Origin: Fibrobacter sp.
GTDB taxonomy: Bacteria; Fibrobacterota; Fibrobacteria; Fibrobacterales; Fibrobacteraceae
DNA: 64,000 nt
Assembly: GCA_024399065.1 (NCBI GenBank)
Contig: JAKSIB010000017.1
Span: 464-64,463 of the forward strand
Direction: 5' to 3'
Of this stretch, positions 1-7,625 are shown one piece after another. The notes under the pieces were generated by a model that did no database searches, had not been told where the DNA came from, and saw only the letters and a list, made by a program, of their open reading frames with translations. The position numbers and the translations under genes were made by a program. The number at the start of each line of letters is the position of its first letter. Within the stretch, counting starts at the first letter, position 1.

Positions 1-922
1 TTTCGAAGCGGATGCCGCTGGCCTGTGCGTAGCCCAGGGCTGCGGTAGTGGCGCTGTCCGGGACGGAAATGACAATGTCTGCGTCCACCGGGCATTCCTT
101 GGCCAACTGCTTACCCATCTTGCGGCGGACCTTGTCGCAGGACTGCTCGAAGATCTTGGAGTCCGGGCGGCTGAAGTAGATGTATTCGAAAATGCAGTGG
201 GCCAGACGGTCCTTCTGGGTGAAGCGTTCGGAATGGAGGCCGTTGTTTGTGATGGTGAGGAATTCGCCGGGCTGGATGTCACGTACGTAGTGGGCTCCCA
301 GCAGGTCGAAGGCGCAGGTCTCGGAGGCCACGCACCAGGACTTGCCCATGCGGGCGATGGAAAGGGGGCGGAAGCCGAAGCCGTCGCGGGCCACGTACAT
401 GGTGTCCTTGCTGATGAAGATCAGACAAAAACAGCCGGTGAATTTGGTAATAGCTTTCTTGATTGCTTGTCCCAAGTCATCGGCTTCTGTGCGGGCGATT
501 TCATGAAGAAGAATTTCTGAGTCGGAAGTGGTCTGGAAAATGTGACCTTCGGCTTCCATTTCCTGGCGAAGCTCGTTGGCGTTAGTAATGTTTCCGTTGT
601 GGGCTACAGCCAGCTGGCCCCACTTGCAACTCACCAGGATGGGCTGGGCATTTGCGAGGGTGCTTGCGCCTGTGGTGCTGTAACGGACGTGGCCGATGCA
701 GGTGTTCCCCGGACATTCGTCAACGTTGTGTTCCTGCAAAAGGGTGGAGACCAGACCCATGGATTTACGGACGCGAATCTTGTCGCCGTCGGTCACTGCA
801 AAGCCTGCAGATTCCTGACCGCGGTGCTGCAGAGCGTACAGACCCATGGTAACATTGCGGACAACGTTCTCGCCATTGAAAATGCCGATGACGCCGCATT
901 CTTCATGAATTTCTTCGAGCAT
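1..922 (-). CDS. purF: amidophosphoribosyltransferase, 5' part (runs off window edge; not in ORF track)
   Basis: Minus strand from ATG at 922 reads MLEEIHEECGVIGIFNGE...GLYALQHRGQESAG; propeptide-Cys (ECG) and later YFSRPDS and VPDSATTAALGYA motifs. Confidence 0.95.
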   Translation of the reverse strand, partial: MLEEIHEECGVIGIFNGENVVRNVTMGLYALQHRGQESAGFAVTDGDKIRVRKSMGLVSTLLQEHNVDECPGNTCIGHVRYSTTGASTLANAQPILVSCKWGQLAVAHNGNITNANELRQEMEAEGHIFQTTSDSEILLHEIARTEADDLGQAIKKAITKFTGCFCLIFISKDTMYVARDGFGFRPLSIARMGKSWCVASETCAFDLLGAHYVRDIQPGEFLTITNNGLHSERFTQKDRLAHCIFEYIYFSRPDSKIFEQSCDKVRRKMGKQLAKECPVDADIVISVPDSATTAALGYAQASGIRFE

Positions 923-943
923 AACGCCTCTTTGGAAATGAAA

Positions 944-996
944 TCCTCCCTGCCTCAGGGGCCGTAGCTCACCGGAATCGGTGCAAGCAGGAGAAT
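944..996 (-). ncRNA. putative cis-regulatory structured RNA in the purF 5' leader (Fibro-purF-like)
   Basis: Minus strand: outer stem ATTCTCC-TGCTT / AGGCA-G-GGAGGAT enclosing CACCG-ATTC-CGGTG hairpin, ending about 20 nt before the purF ATG. Confidence 0.5.
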
Positions 997-1173
997 CAAG
1001 CGTCAAAAAAATAGACACCCGTAGAAAGGGTGCAAAGGGCGAAAATTTGAAAAATTTTTGCGAAATTTGACTAAAAACGGCAATTTCTTTACGTTTTATG
1101 TAAAAATGGCTGTTTTTGAAAAGTTGGTTTTACAAATTTTGAAAACGTATTTTTGCCGTAGAAAAGCGCAATT

Positions 1174-2130
1174 CTAGTACATCAAGGTTGGTTTCGTGTG
1201 AATGTAGGAAATGCTTGATATGAAAGTATAGTGAGGCTCTACGACGGTGCTTACCACCAAAGCGATTAATCCCAGGAACATGGCAATCTTGATCAGGCCT
1301 TGGGCTCTGTGGTATTTTCTCTGGTGAGCGGAAACGATGGCTGCCCCAAGGGTTGGGGTAAGAGTGGCGGCGGCAACGATCAAGAACCATTTGGAAAAGT
1401 AGCCCTGTACGACAGGCAGGGGCAGGAGGAGCCAGCTGAAAATGGCTAAGGCGCCAGCAAGGCGGCGTGCCGTGGGTGCGCCTGCAATGAGTGGAAAAGT
1501 CATGATGCCAGCCTTGAGATCCCCGATTTCGTCTTCAAGGTCCTTGTAGATTTCCCGGGTGGTGGTGAGCAGAAAGGCGAATAGCATGGCGGGATAGAGA
1601 TTTCCGAGTCGCGAGGAAAATGCAATAGATGTCTTATCGATAACAACAACCGTGTAAAGTAAGTTCAGGATTAAAGGGGTGGCGCAGAGAAATGCAACCG
1701 TCATGTTCTTCAGCAGGGGAATGTGTTTCAGCTTCTTGTTGTAGGCGATAAGCAAAAGAACAAGAGCCGCAAAGAACAGGGAGGGTGTCACATAGGCTCC
1801 GGATAAAATGCCGTCGGTAATCCCGCACATGACGGTAAGAATTGCCATGACGATCCATGCTGTTTTTGCCGTGCTAATGCTTATGCGGCCACTGGGTAGC
1901 GGGCGTTCAGGACGGTTCAGCTTGTCGCTTTCAAAATCAAGGACGTCGTTCTGGATGTTTCCAAAACCGATGGCGAAGGCGAAACCTAGAGCTTGCAGAA
2001 CAAGGCTGTAAACCGGGACGTCGTTCGCGCCAAGTGCGAGAACTCCCTGCAGAAAATACCCGATGAACAAGGTCACAACGGCAATAACGATATTCACGGG
2101 GCGGGTCATTTTGAAAATTGTTGCAAGCAT
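1174..2130 (-). CDS. UbiA-family prenyltransferase, DGGGP synthase-like
   Basis: Multi-TM protein with NDVLDFESDKLNRPERPLPSG and REIYKDLEDEIGD Asp-rich motifs. Confidence 0.85.
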   Translation of the reverse strand: MLATIFKMTRPVNIVIAVVTLFIGYFLQGVLALGANDVPVYSLVLQALGFAFAIGFGNIQNDVLDFESDKLNRPERPLPSGRISISTAKTAWIVMAILTVMCGITDGILSGAYVTPSLFFAALVLLLIAYNKKLKHIPLLKNMTVAFLCATPLILNLLYTVVVIDKTSIAFSSRLGNLYPAMLFAFLLTTTREIYKDLEDEIGDLKAGIMTFPLIAGAPTARRLAGALAIFSWLLLPLPVVQGYFSKWFLIVAAATLTPTLGAAIVSAHQRKYHRAQGLIKIAMFLGLIALVVSTVVEPHYTFISSISYIHTKPTLMY

Positions 2131-2274
2131 GCCTTAAAAATAGAATAGTTATCCAGTCTAGAAAATTTAAGCAAGGCTGTTTTGGGTAAAAAATATTTCA
2201 TTGGAATTGGACTTGTGCGAGTATTCTTGTCCAAGATAAATTGCCTCTAGTTTCACCTTAACAAGGAGTGTCCT

Positions 2275-2661
2275 ATGGAGAAACTAGCGTTCTTCCGCTG
2301 CCCTATGTGCGGAAACATCATTGTGTATGTCAAAAATTCCAGCATCCCCGTGGTCTGCTGTGGCAAACCCATGGTTGAATTGGTGGCCAATACAGTGGAT
2401 GCCTCCAAGGAAAAGCACGTGCCCGTAGTGGATGTATTCAGGAACTCGGCCATGGTTTCTGTGGGCTCCGAACCTCATCCCATGATTGATTCCCATTACA
2501 TTGAGTGGATTGCCCTGGAGACAAGTTCTGGATTTCAGATCCACTATATGGTTCCTGGGGAACAACCTAGCTATGAATTCTACATCCGTGATTTTGACAA
2601 ACCTGTTGCGGCCTTTGCCTACTGCAACTTGCATGGGCTTTGGAAAACCCGGATGATTTAA
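2275..2661 (+). CDS. desulfoferrodoxin / superoxide reductase
   Basis: CPMCGN...CCGKPM Fe site; EKHVP, HPM, HYIEWI, CNLHGLW SOR ligands. Confidence 0.93.
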   Translation: MEKLAFFRCPMCGNIIVYVKNSSIPVVCCGKPMVELVANTVDASKEKHVPVVDVFRNSAMVSVGSEPHPMIDSHYIEWIALETSSGFQIHYMVPGEQPSYEFYIRDFDKPVAAFAYCNLHGLWKTRMI

Positions 2662-2669
2662 AAACCTAT

Positions 2670-2697
2670 GGGGGAAGCCTTGAGCCTCCCTTTTTTT
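2670..2697 (+). terminator. probable intrinsic terminator
   Basis: Imperfect GC stem followed by a T7 run just after the desulfoferrodoxin stop. Confidence 0.55.
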
Positions 2698-2742
2698 ATT
2701 GCCCGGGCAGGCAGATTTTTTTTCATTACTATATTTTAGTCC

Positions 2743-3072
2743 ATGGCGTTTTTCACAAAGAGTAAGATAGAAGACCTTCGCAGGGAAGCGGACCAGCTTT
2801 CCATTTGTATAGAACATTTTCTGTACGCGTCGGATATTGTGCCCGAATGGGATTACAAGACCCGTGGCTTCTACGACAACTGTATTGAAAAATGCAATGG
2901 ACGCCTTAAGGCAATCCACTTTATTATGGAATCCATTCGCAGGGGCCGTCCGGTCACCGAAGCGGAACTGGATGAGGCTCGCGAACGTGAGGACTCCGAA
3001 GCTGGTCTTGCCGCCAAGAAGCGTGTGGAAGAAAAGAAGAACTTGAAGAACGGGGAAGCCGATGCGAAGTAA
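2743..3072 (+). CDS. hypothetical protein
   Basis: 109-aa ORF, host-like codon use, overlaps the rsgA start. Confidence 0.7.
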   Translation: MAFFTKSKIEDLRREADQLSICIEHFLYASDIVPEWDYKTRGFYDNCIEKCNGRLKAIHFIMESIRRGRPVTEAELDEAREREDSEAGLAAKKRVEEKKNLKNGEADAK

Positions 3073-4324
3073 TTTCGAAGCCGACAACGACTTTGAAGAG
3101 GAAGAAGCACCGCTTCGCTCTGTGCGCCCCACCCGCCGCGACCATCGCAGTCGACGTATCGACGTGATGAAGGAATTGGAGAGTGGCGTGGTCGATGAAC
3201 GTCCCATCAAGGAACGTTACAGCCGCGAATTTAAGAAGGCTAAGATCAAGAAGGTTAAGGACCCCATCGAAAATATCGGTGAGGAAAACTGCGTGGAAGG
3301 CCTGGTGATGGAAGTTCATCGCCGTACCTGCGAAGTGCGATTAGACGAAGCTAGATCCCCGATCGGGTCGGGGATGACATCTGACGCCTCGACCCTCGAG
3401 CCTGGAACCTCGAACCTGGAACCTGGAGCCTCGAGCCTCATCGTAACCGCCATGTACCGCGCCACCACGTCCAAGACCTTGGGCGAATTCCCTGCCGTAG
3501 GCGACCGCGTACTCCTGGGGCAGGTGAATGATGCTGAAGACGAAGGCGATGGCGTTGGCTCCCAGAAGTACTGCGTGGTACGCGTACTTCCCCGTAAGAG
3601 CGAATTGAAGCGCCCGGGCCCCCGCGATAGCTTTTATAAACAGCAGACTCTTGCGGCAAATATCGACCAGGTGGTCATTGTGGCAAGCGTGACTCAGCCG
3701 GAATTCAACTACGGCTTCATGGACCGTTTTCTGTTAGCGGCAAACTTGAACGACCTGCCCTTTGTGCTGGTTCTTACCAAGATGGATTTGCTTCCAGACG
3801 GAGAAAAAGATCTTTCCGAAGACATTCGGGACTTTATGTCCATTGCCGACAAGGTGATTCCCGTAAGTGTGCGGACTGGGGAAGGCCTGGAAACCTTGAA
3901 GGCAGAACTCAATGGAAAGTCCTCTGTCTTTAGTGGTCAGAGTGGTGTAGGCAAGTCTACCTTGGTGAACGCTCTCGTTCCCGAAGCTGAACTGCAGACT
4001 GGTGAAGTCCGCGAACGTGATGGCAAGGGCCGTCATACCACCACCTCCTCCAGCTTGTTCGACTTGCCTCTGGAAGATTTCCCCGATGGCGGTATCGTCA
4101 TTGATACTCCGGGTATCCGCTCCATCGGACTTATGGATATGGAAGGGGAGACCTTGGCAAAGATTTTCCCGGGTTTCTTTGAAGATGATTTGTTCACTTG
4201 CAAGTACAGTAACTGCCTGCACCTTAAGGAACCTGGCTGTGCAGTGCGTGCTGCGGTCGAAAGCGGTAGGCTGACTCCTGCTCGCTATGCAAGTTACTTG
4301 CGAATTCTGAATTCGAAGAATTAG
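3062..4324 (+). CDS. rsgA: ribosome small subunit-dependent GTPase A, with in-frame repeat insertion
   Basis: Circularly permuted GTPase motifs TKMD, GQSGVGKSTL, GRHTTT, DTPG; C-terminal CKYSNCLHLKEPGC zinc finger. Confidence 0.95.
   Translation: MRSNFEADNDFEEEEAPLRSVRPTRRDHRSRRIDVMKELESGVVDERPIKERYSREFKKAKIKKVKDPIENIGEENCVEGLVMEVHRRTCEVRLDEARSPIGSGMTSDASTLEPGTSNLEPGASSLIVTAMYRATTSKTLGEFPAVGDRVLLGQVNDAEDEGDGVGSQKYCVVRVLPRKSELKRPGPRDSFYKQQTLAANIDQVVIVASVTQPEFNYGFMDRFLLAANLNDLPFVLVLTKMDLLPDGEKDLSEDIRDFMSIADKVIPVSVRTGEGLETLKAELNGKSSVFSGQSGVGKSTLVNALVPEAELQTGEVRERDGKGRHTTTSSSLFDLPLEDFPDGGIVIDTPGIRSIGLMDMEGETLAKIFPGFFEDDLFTCKYSNCLHLKEPGCAVRAAVESGRLTPARYASYLRILNSKN
3353..3435 (-). repeat. composite repeat: GTCAT-tagged palindrome plus 7 x CCT(C/G)GAV heptamers, in frame within rsgA
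   Basis: ATCCCCGA-TCGGG-TCGGGGAT palindrome (3355-3375) followed by heptamers at 3387-3435. Confidence 0.85.
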
Positions 4325-4326
4325 TT

Positions 4327-4749
4327 TTGTTTTGGATGTTTATGGCAATTGCGATTAAGATTACTTTGATAGCGGCTGTGATTTTGATTGGGTACAACCT
4401 TTCCCAGGCGTTGACCTCCTATGAGGGCGTTTGTGAAAAGGTGAAAAAATTCAAGGAACTTGCTGTTGAAACGGATTCCAAGGATGATGAACTGAGACGC
4501 TCCAATACGGTTTTGACCGGCGTGCTGTCCTTGATTTTTGTTGGCCTGGTTTACTTGTCCGGTTTCGCTTTTTGGTTCGTTGCTTTGGTTATGGCGAAAA
4601 TGGGTTTTACCTGCTACGCCTCTTTTTTGGAAATTCAGAGCATTTTGAAAACCGGTGAAATTGAAAAGAATGTTTTTGTGTTGTCCCGGATGGATTCCGT
4701 GGCCAATGTGTTGACCGGGCTTGGTGTAGCCTTGATCCTGGTTCTTTAG
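4327..4749 (+). CDS. hypothetical membrane protein
   Basis: Several hydrophobic segments; in apparent operon after rsgA; exact start uncertain. Confidence 0.7.
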   Translation: MFWMFMAIAIKITLIAAVILIGYNLSQALTSYEGVCEKVKKFKELAVETDSKDDELRRSNTVLTGVLSLIFVGLVYLSGFAFWFVALVMAKMGFTCYASFLEIQSILKTGEIEKNVFVLSRMDSVANVLTGLGVALILVL

Positions 4750-4764
4750 TTTGTGGAGTTTAAA

Positions 4765-5358
4765 ATGAAAAAGAGTGTAATAAGTTTCCTGATGCTCCTC
4801 CTGATCTGCGTCTCGCTCAGCTTTGGCGACGAGGGCGCTTCTGCTGGAGGCGATGGTACTTCCGCTGGTGCAGCCGGTGGTGTTCAGGCTCCGTTCTTTG
4901 CCGGCGGTATTTTGGGCTTTGGTTCCGGTACAGGCGTTGGCTCCGCACGTGGCGTCGGCTTACAGCAGATTGCTCCGGTGATTGGTTACTGGTATCCGCG
5001 CTACGCATACCTCCGATTGGGCTATGGTTTCTCTAACTTTGAAGAAGCCGATGATGATGATAATAAGTACGCTGTAGATCATTCTGATTTCAGTGTGGAC
5101 TTGGCTGTTCACGCTTACGGCGATCTTTATATCATGGGTTCTTATTCCCGAGCAAAGGATTTGAGTGATCTTGGCGATGTGGCCTGGAATGAATGGGGCC
5201 TTGGTTTTGGTTCTGTGATTAATGTCGTGTCCAAGACGATGTTCTTTGCTGAAATGCAGTATCGCTGGGTGATGGATCATTACGATCCGTTCCTGGACAA
5301 GAATGTGAACGGAACCCGCTTGCAGTTTAACCTTGGATTTGCCGTCTATGTCTACTAA
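4765..5358 (+). CDS. putative outer-membrane beta-barrel protein
   Basis: Signal peptide from ATG 4765, alternating beta-strand pattern, aromatic C-terminus (FAVYVY). Confidence 0.7.
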   Translation: MKKSVISFLMLLLICVSLSFGDEGASAGGDGTSAGAAGGVQAPFFAGGILGFGSGTGVGSARGVGLQQIAPVIGYWYPRYAYLRLGYGFSNFEEADDDDNKYAVDHSDFSVDLAVHAYGDLYIMGSYSRAKDLSDLGDVAWNEWGLGFGSVINVVSKTMFFAEMQYRWVMDHYDPFLDKNVNGTRLQFNLGFAVYVY

Positions 5359-5983
5359 GAATGTTGCCATTCTTGGGGGAGCTTTCGATCCTGTACATAA
5401 GGATCATGTGACTGTTGCAAAGACTTGCCTTGACCGCGGTTTTTGCGACGAAGTTTGGTTCATGCCTAGCCCCGACCGTTGGGACAAGACATTGAACGCG
5501 AGCCCGGAAGATCGTTTCGCCATGCTGGAACTTGCGTTTTCTGGCGATACTCGACTGGTACTTTCTGACTTGGAAATTCAGCAGGGCGACTATCGTGGTT
5601 CCTATGTGTTTTTGATGGGTGTGAAGGAGATGTTCCCGGACATCAATTTCCGCTTGTTGGTGGGCGCCGACAGCTATGAGAATATTCCTCATTGGCGCGA
5701 CCCCATGAATTTCTTTGGCACCAACTATAATGGACATCTTCTGCTTCGCGATATTGAACTGATTGTATTCGCTCGCCAAGGTTACGAGAAGCCGAATATT
5801 GCCGCCCACAATGCCAAGGGCTACGCTCCGCTTTTGTGGCTGGGCCCGGAAGAAGGTTTTGAAGGTGTTTATTCTAGTACGGCAATTCGAAAGGCTTTGC
5901 TCTGCGATTATAACGAGTGCCCCGAGGGATTGGATCCCAAGGTATTTGAATACATCAAGGAACACGACCTGTATAGAGAGTGA
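5348..5983 (+). CDS. nadD: nicotinate-nucleotide adenylyltransferase
   Basis: VAILGGAFDPVHKDH, R-x-x-M-L, LLVGADS and SSTAIR motifs; start taken at ATG 5348. Confidence 0.85.
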   Translation: MSTKNVAILGGAFDPVHKDHVTVAKTCLDRGFCDEVWFMPSPDRWDKTLNASPEDRFAMLELAFSGDTRLVLSDLEIQQGDYRGSYVFLMGVKEMFPDINFRLLVGADSYENIPHWRDPMNFFGTNYNGHLLLRDIELIVFARQGYEKPNIAAHNAKGYAPLLWLGPEEGFEGVYSSTAIRKALLCDYNECPEGLDPKVFEYIKEHDLYRE

Positions 5984-6161
5984 TTATGAATTACGAATTA
6001 CAAAGTACGAGAATAATAATGGCGGCTCCGCCGCAAAAAAAGAATCTTGTTCCTCGCGTAATCTCATAATTCATAAATCATAAATCATAATTCATAAATC
6101 ATAAATCATAATTCATAAATCGTAAATCGTAAATCGTAATTCGTAGTTCGTAGTTCGTAGT
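5984..6161. repeat. heptamer tandem array (14 x TCRTA(A/G)W) with an inverted 4-unit array upstream
   Basis: Units counted at 6064-6161; TTATGAA/TTACGAA/TTACAAA/GTACGAG at 5984-6011. Confidence 0.9.
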
Positions 6162-6166
6162 AGTCT

Positions 6167-7222
6167 ATGGTTCCTTCTGATATGTACTTTGAAAGCGTGG
6201 TACAGCCTGAACATGAAGGCTGGCTGTTGCTTAAATCGCTGTGTGCCCGTTTTACTTACCATAGTGAGATGGACTGGGCGGATAAACTTGCCCGCGGTCT
6301 TGTGACTATCAATGGGAAAGTGGCCAACGCTTCTACAATCGCCCACAAGAACGACAAGGTTGTCTATCACGTAGAAAACTATACGGAGCCTGAAGTTCCC
6401 ACTAACTACGAAATCGTTTTTGAAGATGATGAGTTCATGCTGGTGGCAAAGCCGGCTGGTGTTCCTGTGCATCATACGGGGCGGATCTTCTACAATACAT
6501 TTACATCCATCGTTCGTCGCGGAACGGATTATGAAACGGCGACGCCCATGCACCGCTTGGACCGCGATACCGGTGGCTTGATGCTGTTTGCAAAGTATGC
6601 GGAATCCGCTGCAAGATTCCAGAAGAACTTGGATCGCATTCTGTTGCGCAAGTTCTATATGGCGGTTGTCCGCGGGGATTTCCAGATGGTGGTGCCGGAA
6701 CTTGCCGATAACGCCGCGGCACAGTGCGTGTCCCTCGGGGAGGATGATCGCGGTTCCTTTATGGATTGCAGGATACCCCTGCGCGAGGACCCGAACGATA
6801 ACATCCGCCTTCGCATGCATTATTTTGCAGATGGCAAGGAATGCCATACCCGCTTCCGTGTGCTGAAGCGCGGAACCTTGCCCAATGGTGAATCTTATTC
6901 TGTGGTGGAGGCGGAACTTCTCACAGGCCGCAAGCACCAAATCCGTGCTCATCTGTCTGAACTAGGATTCCCGATTTTGGGTGACCGCCTTTATAGCTTT
7001 GGCGGAAAGTTCTACGAGAAGATGACGGATAAGGTGGCGGAAGCCCGCGCACGAGGAGAGCTTAGTCAGGAAGATGCGTTGACTGAAGAAGATTATGCCG
7101 TTCTTGGCGGTCGTAGCCACATGCTTTACGCCTACAAGGCTGAAATTCAGCTGCCTTACTGGCGGGAATCCAGGGAGTTTTCCTGCGAAAATTTCCCGGA
7201 AGATATGGCAAAGCTGGTTTGA
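6167..7222 (+). CDS. RluA-family pseudouridine synthase with S4-like N-terminus
   Basis: KPAGVPVH, HRLDRDTGGL, LLTGRKHQIRAH, PILGDRLY motifs. Confidence 0.92.
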   Translation: MVPSDMYFESVVQPEHEGWLLLKSLCARFTYHSEMDWADKLARGLVTINGKVANASTIAHKNDKVVYHVENYTEPEVPTNYEIVFEDDEFMLVAKPAGVPVHHTGRIFYNTFTSIVRRGTDYETATPMHRLDRDTGGLMLFAKYAESAARFQKNLDRILLRKFYMAVVRGDFQMVVPELADNAAAQCVSLGEDDRGSFMDCRIPLREDPNDNIRLRMHYFADGKECHTRFRVLKRGTLPNGESYSVVEAELLTGRKHQIRAHLSELGFPILGDRLYSFGGKFYEKMTDKVAEARARGELSQEDALTEEDYAVLGGRSHMLYAYKAEIQLPYWRESREFSCENFPEDMAKLV

Positions 7223-7275
7223 TGGAGAAATCTTAAAGTTTTTTCAAAAAAAATCAGATTTTTTGCCCATATCCC

Positions 7276-7305
7276 TTGACAAATAATTCTGAATATCTAT
7301 ATTTG
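7276..7305 (+). promoter_or_regulatory. probable promoter for tRNA-Asn
   Basis: TTGACA (7276-7281), 16 nt, then TATATTTG (7298-7305) about 50 nt upstream of the tRNA. Confidence 0.65.
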
Positions 7306-7352
7306 GACTCGTCAATGAGAAACGCCGCAAGGCTGGAACTCAAAGACCTGAT

Positions 7353-7425
7353 TGCTTCATAGCTCAGTTGGTAGAGCCCGCGACTGTTAATCGCGTTGTC
7401 CTTGGTTCGAGTCCAAGTGAAGCAG
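7353..7425 (+). tRNA. tRNA-Asn (GTT), CCA not encoded
   Basis: TGCTTCA/TGAAGCA acceptor stem, AGCTCAGTTGGTAGAGC D-arm, CGCGA-CTGTTAA-TCGCG anticodon arm, CTTGG-TTCGAGT-CCAAG T-arm. Confidence 0.97.
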
Positions 7426-7428
7426 CTC

Positions 7429-7463
7429 AAGAGCCTCGATGAAAATCGAGGCTCTTTTGTTTT
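7429..7463 (+). terminator. intrinsic terminator after tRNA-Asn
   Basis: Perfect 12-bp stem AAGAGCCTCGAT-GAAA-ATCGAGGCTCTT followed by T-rich tail. Confidence 0.85.
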
Positions 7464-7470
7464 ATGTGTT

Positions 7471-7545
7471 TTTCAATTTAACGTTTTTCGATTTAGCGTT
7501 GTTTGACTTCGCGGCAGACGATTTCGCGGCAGACGATTTTGTGGT
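7471..7545. repeat. five degenerate 15-bp tandem units
   Basis: TTTCAATTTAACGTT / TTTCGATTTAGCGTT / GTTTGACTTCGCGGC / AGACGATTTCGCGGC / AGACGATTTTGTGGT. Confidence 0.6.
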
Positions 7546-7547
7546 AT

Positions 7548-7584
7548 AAAAGAAAAGCCCCGATTTCTCGGAGCCTTTTTCTTT
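7548..7584 (-). terminator. terminator for the beta-helix gene (possibly bidirectional)
   Basis: A-run, imperfect CCCGA-TTTC-TCGGAG stem, T-run. Confidence 0.55.
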
Positions 7585-7625
7585 GGCATTTGGCCGCTCG
7601 CTTTTATCGCGACCTTCAGACCTTC

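Noticed and set aside
7353-7600. Prophage or island integrated at tRNA-Asn
   Set aside because: No integrase, no duplicated tRNA 3' end, and the adjacent genes have host-like composition.
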